From a virus, in IMG/VR virus record IMGVR_UViG_3300032092_000013, positions 1 through 64,000 of that record: a stretch of DNA of 64,000 nt. One strand, 5' to 3'. The translations under genes and the position numbers were made by a program. The notes below the pieces were generated by a model. That model was not told where the DNA came from. It saw only the letters and a program-made list of their open reading frames with translations, and made no database searches. Every line of letters starts with the position of its first letter. The first letter of the stretch is position 1. Below are positions 50,039 to 59,635 of the stretch, piece after piece.

Positions 50039-50773
50039 ATGAAATTATCTTTTAAGAATAAGAATAGTTTTTGTAATAATTTCCTATCTCCAATTTCAAG
50101 GCTGTCAGATTTAGCTATTCTGACAGCTAAGAATAATGAAATCATTTCATTAAACAAAACAGCAGATAATAATAGCATTCTTTATGCTAAATGTTCTGAT
50201 GCTACATTAGACAATGATCAGCAAGTATCATTGAATATTCCTGATGTCAAAAAGTTCATTAAAGCATTTGATTGCATTGAAGATCAAAACATTGAATTGA
50301 CCGTCAATTCAAATAATATCGAATACAAATCACCTAAAATTAAATTTAAATATCATTTATTAGAAGATGGTATTATTGCACCAGTTGGTTTATCTTTAAG
50401 TAAAATACAATCTTTTGAATTTGATGTAGAGTTTACTATTGATATTGTTACATTTCAAAATTTGTTGAAATGCAGTACTTTTAATAACAGTGAAAAGATT
50501 TATTTTTATTCAGAAAATGGTGAAATTCATTGTGAATTAACAGATAAAAGTAAACATAATGTTGATAGCTTTACTACTGTTTTAGCAGAAACATATCAAG
50601 GTAATGCATTATCAAAACCGATGCCATTCTTATTTGATGTAGTTCGAAGCATTTCGACATTAAGATCTAGTCAATTGCAATTCAAAATTAATTCAAGCAA
50701 AGGTATTTTATGTGTTGAAGTAGAAGAACCGGGATATTATTTGAAATATATAACCACTGCGAAAGTGATTTAA
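50039..50773 (+). CDS. gp45: Sliding clamp (gp45-like)
   Basis: 244 aa with two-domain beta/alpha pattern, LNIPDVKKF, KFKYHL, LKYIT C-terminus. Replication-operon context. Confidence 0.65.
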   Translation: MKLSFKNKNSFCNNFLSPISRLSDLAILTAKNNEIISLNKTADNNSILYAKCSDATLDNDQQVSLNIPDVKKFIKAFDCIEDQNIELTVNSNNIEYKSPKIKFKYHLLEDGIIAPVGLSLSKIQSFEFDVEFTIDIVTFQNLLKCSTFNNSEKIYFYSENGEIHCELTDKSKHNVDSFTTVLAETYQGNALSKPMPFLFDVVRSISTLRSSQLQFKINSSKGILCVEVEEPGYYLKYITTAKVI

Positions 50774-50798
50774 AATTAATTTTAATTATATATAAAAA

Positions 50799-51146
50799 AT
50801 GAATAAGAGACAAAAAAATAAAATATCTACACCCGGATATTTTATTAAAAGATTAAGAGATTGTGGGTTTAGTGTAATTCGTATTTTTCAAAAATACGGT
50901 GCCCATGATCCGAGAAGATGGACTGTATTAATTGATCCGGGCCGTTCTTCTATTTTTGTTACTTGTTTTACTAATAAAACATTTATCGATGAAATTTATT
51001 TTGAATTAAATGATGGCGGTATCTTATTTCCTAAGAATTTTGCCATATCTACACAATCAATTGAAGTAATTGTATCACATTTAAACGAAAAAAATATTCA
51101 AACAATTGACGAAAAAAGCCCATACTATGTTGAAAAGAATAAATAA
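50799..51146 (+). CDS. Hypothetical protein
   Basis: TPGYFIKRLRD...DPRRWTVLIDPG. Confidence 0.6.
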   Translation: MNKRQKNKISTPGYFIKRLRDCGFSVIRIFQKYGAHDPRRWTVLIDPGRSSIFVTCFTNKTFIDEIYFELNDGGILFPKNFAISTQSIEVIVSHLNEKNIQTIDEKSPYYVEKNK

Positions 51147-51150
51147 TTCT

Positions 51151-51468
51151 ATGGGCGAAAATCCCGATGATAAAAAGAAAAGAATACCAAAAAATAATTC
51201 TGATAAAATCGGGAAAGAACAGATTAAACAGCTTCTAAAAGAAGCATTACAAGCTGATTTACTAGAAAGATCTCGTAAATCAGCAGACAATAAAGTCGCT
51301 ATCTCTTCTACATTAGAAGAGTTTATGAAATGTTTTATCGTTTTAGGATATGACATGAACGGAAATCCAATTAATTTAGTACATGCAAACAGCCAACAAG
51401 ACGCAGATTCCCTTTCTACGGCGGTTAATAGATTCTTTATGCAGAATAATAACCCCGATGCTTTTTAA
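51151..51468 (+). CDS. Late hypothetical protein
   Basis: TAAATA (51140-51145) lies 5 nt before ATG 51151. Confidence 0.55.
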   Translation: MGENPDDKKKRIPKNNSDKIGKEQIKQLLKEALQADLLERSRKSADNKVAISSTLEEFMKCFIVLGYDMNGNPINLVHANSQQDADSLSTAVNRFFMQNNNPDAF

Positions 51469-51718
51469 GGTTCCAAAAAAAGGAACTGCATTCGGTGTTT
51501 TAGAGGGTGATCATAAAGGTAAAATGTTTGTAATGATAGAAAGTAGTTTTTCGCAATGCCATTTTCTAACAATACCAGAAATAAAAAATCAAACAGTTTC
51601 AAAATTTGATTTAAAACGTGGTTTAAAAAACGGAATTCTTGAGAAAGTAGAGATCTTACCTAAAGATCTCTATGTTTTTCTAAAAGAACAATTTTTATTC
51701 AACAAAAAACATAAATAG
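51458..51718 (+). CDS. Hypothetical protein
   Basis: Likely start MLFKVPKKG inside the 51383 ORF. Confidence 0.5.
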   Translation: MLFKVPKKGTAFGVLEGDHKGKMFVMIESSFSQCHFLTIPEIKNQTVSKFDLKRGLKNGILEKVEILPKDLYVFLKEQFLFNKKHK

Positions 51719-51722
51719 ATAC

Positions 51723-51932
51723 ATGGACTTCGTAAAACCAGAAAGAATTGCATCACCCATTTCAGGACAACCAGTAAATCCTCGCATCATGGAAAAGAGA
51801 ATCGGTGATAAAATTTTTGTCGAAGCTCATTGGTATGATCCTTCTTCTGGTACATTTATCAGAAAAGGATTAGTAAAAGTTTTAGATGCAGAAACCGGTA
51901 ATGATATTTCGGGTTCTTGTAAATTTAATTAA
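51723..51932 (+). CDS. Small late hypothetical protein
   Basis: TAAATA 5 nt upstream. SPISG/DPSSG knuckle-like turns. Confidence 0.6.
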   Translation: MDFVKPERIASPISGQPVNPRIMEKRIGDKIFVEAHWYDPSSGTFIRKGLVKVLDAETGNDISGSCKFN

Positions 51933-51949
51933 ACCCCTTATCATAAGGC

Positions 51950-52975
51950 ATGATCATCTTGCCCGAAGAATATATTGCACAAAAATTCTTCCAACATGCT
52001 GGCGTGCCGAAACATAATCGTTTCAATAAAACATATGTAGGTTCGTGCCCGATCTGCAGAGAAGGCAAGTCATGGTTAAAAAAGCAGCGTTGTTATTACA
52101 TTCCAAAAAATAACAATATATATTGTCATAACTGTGGTTGGAGTTCTACGCCAATTTCGTGGATCCAAGAGGTAACAAGAATGTCTATATTAGACATTAA
52201 AAAAGAATTAGAAAATTATTCGACAATATCATTAGACGATATAACAACAGAAAAGAAAGAAATTGTTCAATCATCAACATTGCCAGAAGATTGCATTAAT
52301 TTATTTGATGAACAGCAAGTAGAATATTATAAAGACGAAACGGTAGTCATCAGAGCATTAGAATTTATTGAAGCAAGAAGATTAAAAACAGCATGCAATA
52401 AACCAAAAGCACTTTATATATCACTAACTGATCCTGTGCATAAGAATAGATTAGTAATACCATTCTTTGATAAAAATAATAAGATTGTTCATTATCAAAC
52501 CAGAACAATATTGGCTGCGGACAACAAGATTAAACCACGTTATATCTCAAAAATTAATAGTGAAAAGACAATATTCAATATTGATCAGATCAATGATGAT
52601 AATGAAGTTTTTATTTTCGAAGGACCATTCAATTCTTGTTTTGTTAAAAATGGAATAGCTGTTGCTGGAATCCAGGATGAATCTGAAAAGCTATTTTCTA
52701 TGAAACAACAAGATCAAATAAATTCGTTGTTATTGAAAGATTTTATTTGGGTGTTGGATTCACAGTGGATAGATCAAGCAGCTAAGAAGAAAAGTCAAAT
52801 CTTAGCTAAGAATGGTGAAACTCTTTTTATTTGGCCAGAGAGTGTAGGTAAGAAAATAAAAGACTTTAATGACTTAGCAATTGCATTAAAGATTAATGAA
52901 ATACCAAAAGAATTTATTAAGAAAAATTCTTACAAAGGATTAGCTGCTGAGATTAGATTAAAGGCGATATATTAG
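51950..52975 (+). CDS. gp61: DNA primase
   Basis: CPIC...CHNCG zinc-binding domain, RLVIPF, FEGPFNS, KDFNDL. Confidence 0.9.
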   Translation: MIILPEEYIAQKFFQHAGVPKHNRFNKTYVGSCPICREGKSWLKKQRCYYIPKNNNIYCHNCGWSSTPISWIQEVTRMSILDIKKELENYSTISLDDITTEKKEIVQSSTLPEDCINLFDEQQVEYYKDETVVIRALEFIEARRLKTACNKPKALYISLTDPVHKNRLVIPFFDKNNKIVHYQTRTILAADNKIKPRYISKINSEKTIFNIDQINDDNEVFIFEGPFNSCFVKNGIAVAGIQDESEKLFSMKQQDQINSLLLKDFIWVLDSQWIDQAAKKKSQILAKNGETLFIWPESVGKKIKDFNDLAIALKINEIPKEFIKKNSYKGLAAEIRLKAIY

Positions 52976-53391
52976 ACACCTTTGTACTTAGGATCAGCAG
53001 AAGAAGCAACATAACCATTTAACATTTGTTGGAATCCTGCTAATTCACGAGCAACCAATGCAATCTTCTTGGTTTCTGCTGTTTTGATAGATCCAAACAA
53101 ACTCTTTTCATGAGCTTTGGATAATTGTGTTTGAACTGAATCAGGACCCTGCCCATTTAAGAATTCAGTAAATTCTGCAATCTTCGAAATCCAATGATGC
53201 AATTTTTCAACCATAGCAACATTAGCTTTAGCAGCAGCAATTGAGGCTTGTTGTGTACCAGCTTCAATATCATAATCACTTGGTGTGGTCCCAGCATCTA
53301 ATGTTGAAGCCATAGCCTCTGTATCAGACATTGGTACCTCATCTGCTTCAACTAATACACGTTTGAATGCATTTTCAAATAGATTACTCAT
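52972..53391 (-). CDS. Late hypothetical protein, putative head-internal protein
   Basis: TAAATA 5 nt upstream. MSNLFENAFKRVLVE-AD. Confidence 0.55.
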   Translation of the reverse strand: MSNLFENAFKRVLVEADEVPMSDTEAMASTLDAGTTPSDYDIEAGTQQASIAAAKANVAMVEKLHHWISKIAEFTEFLNGQGPDSVQTQLSKAHEKSLFGSIKTAETKKIALVARELAGFQQMLNGYVASSADPKYKGV

Positions 53392-53424
53392 GCATTTATT
53401 TATTCAAACATGATAAATAAAATT

Positions 53425-53784
53425 GTGAGAAGAAGATTTTTTACTGAAGATAATACCATAGCAGATGCTAATCGTAATGTAACGGGTATAGGGCCCGATG
53501 CATCAGACTCTTCATTAACAGATTTAAAATCACAAATAACATCTGAAATTGATACGCCAAAAATACTTCCGCATCAATTTCAATCATCAGTTATTATACC
53601 GCAGATTGCTAATTATATTGTAGAACTAAAAAATCTATCAGATAAAATTAGTGATTATGGCAAATCAGATGTGGCGTCTGAATCTAAAAAAATGATCGCG
53701 GGTAAATTGATTGATCGTATTAATAAGATTAATGCCATTTTTGCTCAAGACGTAATTAAATATCTTGACAAATTATCATTTTAG
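53425..53784 (+). CDS. Late hypothetical protein
   Basis: TAAATA (53414-53419) lies 5 nt before an in-frame GTG at 53425, giving MRRRFFTE-D. Confidence 0.5.
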   Translation: MRRRFFTEDNTIADANRNVTGIGPDASDSSLTDLKSQITSEIDTPKILPHQFQSSVIIPQIANYIVELKNLSDKISDYGKSDVASESKKMIAGKLIDRINKINAIFAQDVIKYLDKLSF

Positions 53785-53798
53785 TTTATATTGAAAGA

Positions 53799-54206
53799 AT
53801 GTTACGTGCTGTAATTATTCTTTTTGTGACATCAGGCACAATATCATATATATTTTCTAGTGATGTAAAAACATTTTTTGGTTGGATGATTTGCTTATCT
53901 TTTTTGCAAATTATATTTTATAATGTTTGGAATACATTTCTCAATGTTATTAATGAAAAAAATCAAATTGAAATTTTGAAAGAATATTCTAAACAAGGCT
54001 GTAACGTAAAATGTCCATGTGATAAAGCAATTGATAATTTCATCCCTATTAGGTTAGATGAAGATAATTCATATCGTTGTTTAGAATGTAATAAAAATGT
54101 TCGTGTTAATCTAGAAATCAAGACATTTCTGCAAACAGAACCGGTAAAGTTAGAAAAATCTGAAGCTTATAATTTAGTATACAAAGAAAATGGAGAACCA
54201 GTTTAA
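53799..54206 (+). CDS. Two-TM membrane protein with Zn ribbon
   Basis: Two hydrophobic helices, then CPC...CLEC. Promoter TTGACA-16-TATATT. Confidence 0.6.
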   Translation: MLRAVIILFVTSGTISYIFSSDVKTFFGWMICLSFLQIIFYNVWNTFLNVINEKNQIEILKEYSKQGCNVKCPCDKAIDNFIPIRLDEDNSYRCLECNKNVRVNLEIKTFLQTEPVKLEKSEAYNLVYKENGEPV

Positions 54207-54597
54207 TTCAAAAGAATTGCAAAATATAACAGAAAAACTTTCTTCGCCAACCGCTTTCAATGAAGAAAGAGTAAAACGTGCAGATATTATTAATATTGTC
54301 GAAAAGTATTGTTTACAACAAACCCACCGCACGTTCAAAGCATATGAAAAAGGTTATAGCTTAGCAAAGAAATCAAACAATATAAATCTTTTAAAAGAAA
54401 TTGTATCTTCTGTTAAAAATTACATTATCGATAATCTAGAAGACAGTGAAAAAAGAATTGCATATAAGAAATTAGATTTACTATTTGAATCATTAGATAG
54501 CATAATAGATCTTATGGGGCACGATTTTGAAAAACAAATAAATCATGATTTAGTTTATTTTTTGTTAGGAAACCTATTAAAAAATATACATGAATAA
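54190..54597 (+). CDS. Hypothetical protein
   Basis: Overlapping co-oriented ORF. Confidence 0.5.
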   Translation: MENQFNSKELQNITEKLSSPTAFNEERVKRADIINIVEKYCLQQTHRTFKAYEKGYSLAKKSNNINLLKEIVSSVKNYIIDNLEDSEKRIAYKKLDLLFESLDSIIDLMGHDFEKQINHDLVYFLLGNLLKNIHE

Positions 54598-54883
54598 AAA
54601 TATTGAAGTTACTATTGGTGATCATAAGATGTCAGTTGAAACATATGCTCGTTGGCTTTGCTTGATCGAAGCTTTGGATATTGTTACTAAGACTGCTGAA
54701 GAGCATAATATTGATTTGAATAAAAGAACAGATTGGATTAAACCGTTAGACTTCCAAAAGTATATTGTAGAAAGAGCACCAGCTATGATTCATGACGTAA
54801 AGGTTGAAGAATTCATCTATGATCTAGAAATTCTTAAGGAAGAGGATTTCCGTAGCAATGAAAATTGCGCACCTTCAATTTAA
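54590..54883 (+). CDS. Hypothetical protein, weak resemblance to late co-activator gp33
   Basis: LIEALDIV...AEEHNIDL...WIKPL is loosely like the gp33 core. Unverified. Confidence 0.3.
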   Translation: MNKNIEVTIGDHKMSVETYARWLCLIEALDIVTKTAEEHNIDLNKRTDWIKPLDFQKYIVERAPAMIHDVKVEEFIYDLEILKEEDFRSNENCAPSI

Positions 54884-55454
54884 ATCCATCACTACCTTGT
54901 ATGGGTGTAGCAAATGATATGCCCATATATAATTTTTGGGGTTCTAGAAAAGTTGATAATGTTTCAACTGATGAAATTAATTTATAATTAAAATTTTCAT
55001 CACAATAAAATGAATTTAATGTATTTCCTTTATTCGTTAATTGGAATCTTAATGTCTGCCAGATATTAGAATTAATGTAAAAATCTAATCCATGTGATGT
55101 GACTAAATCAAATTGTGTACCTTTTCTATAAGTGAGTGAATTAAAAATAGGTAAAGACAATCCTGTATTAAATCCAGACCCGGATGTTCCAAAATAACCA
55201 GTTGTGTCGAATCCCATCGCCAAAAAATTTGCATCAACACCGTTATAATTGTCTGTGCCTGATACAAAAGGACCATAACCCAATCCATATTTTATACCAC
55301 CTTGACTTTGTGCCGATAGAAAATTTAAAAAAGTAGTAAATCCACCACCACCAAAAACACCCGGATCATTTTCTATTTTATAAGAGAATGACCATATGAT
55401 ATCTTTAGAAGCATCAAAAGCGGAAATACAGGTAAAGTTCATTCCAGTCGACAT
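54834..55454 (-). CDS. Late L-type (legume/ConA-like) lectin-domain protein
   Basis: WSFSY...GGGGFTTFL...GLGYG...FLAMGFDTTG...WQTLR...YMGISFAT. TAAATA 6 nt upstream. Confidence 0.6.
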   Translation of the reverse strand: MSTGMNFTCISAFDASKDIIWSFSYKIENDPGVFGGGGFTTFLNFLSAQSQGGIKYGLGYGPFVSGTDNYNGVDANFLAMGFDTTGYFGTSGSGFNTGLSLPIFNSLTYRKGTQFDLVTSHGLDFYINSNIWQTLRFQLTNKGNTLNSFYCDENFNYKLISSVETLSTFLEPQKLYMGISFATPIQGSDGFKLKVRNFHCYGNPLP

Positions 55455-55490
55455 TAAAAGTATTTAATAAGTGTAAATACTTTCAATGTC
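55450..55490. promoter_or_regulatory. Dyad-symmetric divergent late promoter pair
   Basis: 17-bp inverted repeat (1 mismatch); each arm is TAAATA + 6 nt + ATG. Confidence 0.7.
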
Positions 55491-58107
55491 CGGAAATGCA
55501 CGTTTTCATGATAAATTACACAGAGCCAATCACCATACATTGTCTACTGGTGGTTTATTGGATAGTGCTTATGATCCTATTGCTTCGCCAGAACACCCAT
55601 TTCGAGGTGATTTCATATTAAGCGGTGGCCTGTCAGCATTGGGTGATATAATAGCAAATGGGTTAACAATCAAAAACGCAATAAATATTGAAGGTAATAC
55701 TACCACACAAAATCAAACTATTGTAGGTAGTTTAGAATTGCATAAACAACATTATGGCGGAACCGCTATATACGCAATCAATCCCACTACAAACCCCCAA
55801 CCATATACATTATCAATAAATTATCAAAATGGTGTTTTTGTTTCAGATAATTTTTATGTAGGTGGCAATACAATTACAAATGATATAACAGCAAACGGCA
55901 CAATATATGGAAAATTGCCAGCAATAGGGATATATGCACCAAATACATGGGATATCAGCAGCAGCTATTATACTTTATGTTCTCTTTCAGCTAATTGGAC
56001 ACAAGCAACTACATGGGTGAATACAAATTCATCCAATATGTCAGTAAATAATTTACTTGTTACTGGTAATTTAACAGCGTTGGGTTCTACTACATTAGTT
56101 AATTTGACTACGAATACATCTGATTCTCTCAGTGTAGTAAATGTAGGTTTGGCTGTACCGGCAATATATGCCGAAATTGTTACTGCAGATAAACCAGTTT
56201 TATCATTAAAACAAAACGGAATTGGGCCAATTTTATCAGCTACTAGTACTAATTCGACATTTATAATAGGGAATAGTGGTTGGGTGGGCATAGGAGGTAC
56301 GCCTTCTACACAATTAGATATATATGCATTATCATCTACTGTAGATGGTGGTAATTTAAAATTGAGGGGTGCTACAGGTTCAAGTAAAAACTATGTTGTA
56401 TCTGTAAAAAATTCAAATTTAAATTTTTCTCACACACCTACTAATAGTGATACAAAAACGGTAGCGATGGCCGTTACGCCTTCTAATCAATTATCGATAA
56501 ATGCAGAATCAGTACCGGGTTGGGCGGGTACTGACCCCAAACTTTATGTGGCCGGTGGATTTCTTTTATCGGGATCCAATCAAACAATAGTCGAGAATAT
56601 AGATTATCAAAATATTTATAATTATGATAATATGGTGCCCGAAAGAGGCGGCGCGATAACAAGAATATATAATTTATCGGGTAATAGTGCCACACCTTTA
56701 TCCGGATTTAGCTCAAACCCCGGATACAATGCGCCGGGTTACTATACTGCTTGGAGTATGAGAGTTTATCCGTATGTTGGTGGTACATTGGGCAGTGGTT
56801 ATGGCGCCTTGGGCGGCGGCGGTGTTGCGCGCATAGATATTGGTTATGAGGGGCTACAATCACAAGCAGAATTAAAGGGTGTAATTTCATTTGCTACATT
56901 ATGCGCATCACAAATCACTTCAGTTCCTGGTACTGTGGAACGCATGCGTATAAATTCAGTTGGTAATGTAGGTATAGGAATATCACTACCAACATATAGA
57001 TTACACGTTTTGGGAGACAATGATAATGATATAAACTTCATGACCAATGGTACTTTGGGTGTTTATAATAAATTGGATGCAAATAGATCTTATGGATTTT
57101 TATCTGTATCCCAACAGTACACATTACTCGGATCTAATTTAAGATTATCTGGTGAAACAGCATCGCCAGTTTACAAAAAAGGTACAAACGCGCGCGCTGG
57201 TGCAGGCATATTAATATATAATGCAAATGGCACCAACGCAATACCTACTACAAAATTTGTATATTCACCAGATACAGATAATGATTTGTATACTGTAAGT
57301 GAATCAATGGTGATAAGCGGGGCTGATGTAATTATACCCGGTAATTTATATATTAATGGTGATTTTTACGGGAATGCAACGTATAGGTCTTTGACATCAA
57401 ATTGGCAAAATACTTATAGTACAGTCAATAGCAATAGTGCTACTACATGGTCCTATCAAGGAGCAGACTTAAAGGCTTTAACAGGCAATTGGCAGAATAC
57501 TTATAGTACAGTATCTACTATGAGTGCTATATGGAGCAGCACATTGCCTACCGATCACACAAAATGGGATAGTACATATAATACTGTTAGTTCCTTAAGC
57601 AGTAATTGGCAGAATACTTATAGTACAGTCAATAGCAATAGTGCTACTACATGGTCCTATCAAGGAGCAGACTTAAAGGCTTTAACAGGCAATTGGCAGA
57701 ATACTTATAGTACAGTCAATAGCAATAGTGCTACTTGGAATGCTGTTACTACATATGTAAAATTTAAATCATATTCCGAAACATCTGTGACAGTATCTAT
57801 TCCTGGTACTTTTATATATGCAGTAGATTTGTCACAAGGCACAGTATTTCCAATTACATTAGATAAAAATATTACAAGTTTCCAACTTCAAAATATACCA
57901 ACAGGTGTTAATTCGTTTTTGATACTTTTAACACAAGATGGAACAGGCGGCAAGACAGTAACGTGGGCATTTACTGGAAAAACAATTAAATGGAGTGGCG
58001 GTGCACCTACTGTTACATCTACAGCAAATGCTACCGACATATACTCTTTTATGAGTGTAGATGGAAATACCTGGTACGGATCAGTAGCAGGCAAAAACTT
58101 TGTTTAA
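55486..58107 (+). CDS. Long tail-fibre-like virion protein
   Basis: ERMRINSVGNVGIG and GWVGIGG fibre motifs, NWQNTYSTV repeats, C-terminal VDLSQG...LTQDGTGGKTVTW...DIYSF...TWYG domain. Late promoter upstream. Confidence 0.75.
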   Translation: MSGNARFHDKLHRANHHTLSTGGLLDSAYDPIASPEHPFRGDFILSGGLSALGDIIANGLTIKNAINIEGNTTTQNQTIVGSLELHKQHYGGTAIYAINPTTNPQPYTLSINYQNGVFVSDNFYVGGNTITNDITANGTIYGKLPAIGIYAPNTWDISSSYYTLCSLSANWTQATTWVNTNSSNMSVNNLLVTGNLTALGSTTLVNLTTNTSDSLSVVNVGLAVPAIYAEIVTADKPVLSLKQNGIGPILSATSTNSTFIIGNSGWVGIGGTPSTQLDIYALSSTVDGGNLKLRGATGSSKNYVVSVKNSNLNFSHTPTNSDTKTVAMAVTPSNQLSINAESVPGWAGTDPKLYVAGGFLLSGSNQTIVENIDYQNIYNYDNMVPERGGAITRIYNLSGNSATPLSGFSSNPGYNAPGYYTAWSMRVYPYVGGTLGSGYGALGGGGVARIDIGYEGLQSQAELKGVISFATLCASQITSVPGTVERMRINSVGNVGIGISLPTYRLHVLGDNDNDINFMTNGTLGVYNKLDANRSYGFLSVSQQYTLLGSNLRLSGETASPVYKKGTNARAGAGILIYNANGTNAIPTTKFVYSPDTDNDLYTVSESMVISGADVIIPGNLYINGDFYGNATYRSLTSNWQNTYSTVNSNSATTWSYQGADLKALTGNWQNTYSTVSTMSAIWSSTLPTDHTKWDSTYNTVSSLSSNWQNTYSTVNSNSATTWSYQGADLKALTGNWQNTYSTVNSNSATWNAVTTYVKFKSYSETSVTVSIPGTFIYAVDLSQGTVFPITLDKNITSFQLQNIPTGVNSFLILLTQDGTGGKTVTWAFTGKTIKWSGGAPTVTSTANATDIYSFMSVDGNTWYGSVAGKNFV
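57400..57716 (+). repeat. 113-bp direct repeat (57400-57512 / 57604-57716, 1 mismatch) in the fibre gene
   Basis: Encodes NWQNTYSTVNSNSATTWSYQGADLKALTGNWQNTYSTV twice, offset 204 nt. Confidence 0.9.
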
Positions 58108-58389
58108 TTAAAAATCACCGCCTTGAACTACATCAACATCACGTTGAATAAAGTCATTCATAGTATCGTTTACATTTGTAATAACAATATTTTTAATTTG
58201 ATTAAATGCTACTGAAGGTGGTGTCACTATTTGATCACCGTCACCGCCCTCTCCTTCTTCGGGACCCACTGAAAACCCACCGTAGACAGAAGTATTATTT
58301 ACTGACATATCAAAATAGAGTTTACTCTCTTCATCAGTGCTGCCTGGATATGATTTTCTGGGTGTTGGTGTTGATCCTGGTATTGACAT
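58108..58389 (-). CDS. Small hypothetical protein ending in GGDF
   Basis: Directly downstream of gp14 and shares its C-terminal GGDF. Confidence 0.6.
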   Translation of the reverse strand: MSIPGSTPTPRKSYPGSTDEESKLYFDMSVNNTSVYGGFSVGPEEGEGGDGDQIVTPPSVAFNQIKNIVITNVNDTMNDFIQRDVDVVQGGDF

Positions 58390-58394
58390 AAAAA

Positions 58395-59201
58395 TTAAAA
58401 ATCACCGCCATCATCAGCGGGGTTGGGTAAAGGTTCAATTATACCGCCGTCTACTGCATCCGCAAAGTCACCTACATAATCACCTAATTCATCCGGGAAA
58501 TTATTTTCAACTAAATTTTCAACGAAAGTAATTGGTATATTATTTGTTAACGGATCTTCTGTTATGTTTGTAGACAATAGACCTGCAAATGTATCGTCAT
58601 AAACCTGATCATTTTTAGATTCACCAGATATACCAGGTTGAAATGAATACTCAAGACGTTTAGCTGCTAATCGCCATGTGTAATGACCACCCAAAGGATT
58701 GATATCAGAAATATCCTGATCACGTCTTTCTGTTATAATAAAATAATTGCCAGCTCTGCCATGTGATCTAGTACTCCCATATTCAGTCATACAAAATACA
58801 TCTCCTGCTTTAGGCTCTACTGGTTGATCTAAACTTAAGTAAATCCAATCTTCTGTGAAGACTCTTTTGTATCCTTGTATAGAAACGAATGCTGTTATTT
58901 CATCCTCTGCATTGAACCCAAATTTTGATAATGCTAATGAAGATTCATTTAGATTAATGATCATCTTTATTGTATAGGGTCCATGATATACCATGGTGGG
59001 CTGTTCGCCATATAAATTATCTGCACTAGTAGGTTGATATGTATTGACAAAATATTCTACTTTTTGACCCAATAAATTAATTGATTCATCTACTGTATTT
59101 TGAATTAATTGCATATCGGGTTGTAAGCGAGTCTTATCATATAATTCATAACAAAGACTTCCATTTCCGGCCCCCGAATAATAACATGTATAAGTAGACA
59201 T
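58395..59201 (-). CDS. gp14: Neck/head-completion protein (gp14-like)
   Basis: ESINLLGQKVEY, NLYGEQP, LSKFGFNAEDEIT, EPKAGD, acidic tail. Confidence 0.8.
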   Translation of the reverse strand: MSTYTCYYSGAGNGSLCYELYDKTRLQPDMQLIQNTVDESINLLGQKVEYFVNTYQPTSADNLYGEQPTMVYHGPYTIKMIINLNESSLALSKFGFNAEDEITAFVSIQGYKRVFTEDWIYLSLDQPVEPKAGDVFCMTEYGSTRSHGRAGNYFIITERRDQDISDINPLGGHYTWRLAAKRLEYSFQPGISGESKNDQVYDDTFAGLLSTNITEDPLTNNIPITFVENLVENNFPDELGDYVGDFADAVDGGIIEPLPNPADDGGDF

Positions 59202-59202
59202 T

Positions 59203-59559
59203 TTATTTGTTGGTAAGAACGTATTGCCCTGTGTTATTAATAGAAAGAAAAACCTGATTAGTAGAATCGCCAGATCTACCCAATGCTACTTTTTCTCCTT
59301 CTTTTGTAGGAAAATTATGTTGAGGATATGTAAGTTTTATATATTGTTCAAAAGGTTTTGTCACAACTAAAAATGAGGCAGCACCTGATCTTAAATTTTC
59401 TATTGCCTCTTCATATTCATTTGTCTTTCTATTAACTGCATATGTCATGTTGAAATTACCAGCAGTTTTTTTACCAAATCCCTTAAATGCATTCAAATGA
59501 TGCGGATTTCTTTCTCCCTTTCTATTCTCTAAATAAAATTCCTTAAAAGTAGGAAACAT
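59203..59559 (-). CDS. Late hypothetical protein, putative head-internal protein
   Basis: TAAATA 5 nt upstream. MFPTFKEFYLE-N is very close to the T4 CTS MKTYQEFIAE. Confidence 0.6.
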   Translation of the reverse strand: MFPTFKEFYLENRKGERNPHHLNAFKGFGKKTAGNFNMTYAVNRKTNEYEEAIENLRSGAASFLVVTKPFEQYIKLTYPQHNFPTKEGEKVALGRSGDSTNQVFLSINNTGQYVLTNK

Positions 59560-59579
59560 ATTATTATTTATGTTTAAAC

Positions 59580-59612
59580 AAAAAAAGAGACTCTACTTTC
59601 ATAGAGTCTCTT
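59580..59612 (-). terminator. Rho-independent terminator after 59636..60373
   Basis: Stem AAGAGACTCTA / TAGAGTCTCTT with a 6-nt loop, followed by a U-run on the minus strand. Confidence 0.8.
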
Positions 59613-59635
59613 AAAATTATTAGCTTACTAAAAAA

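Noticed and set aside
57400-57735. CRISPR array or DGR template/variable repeat
   Set aside because: The repeats are in-frame coding duplications without unique spacers. There is only one mismatch (synonymous) and no reverse transcriptase in the window.
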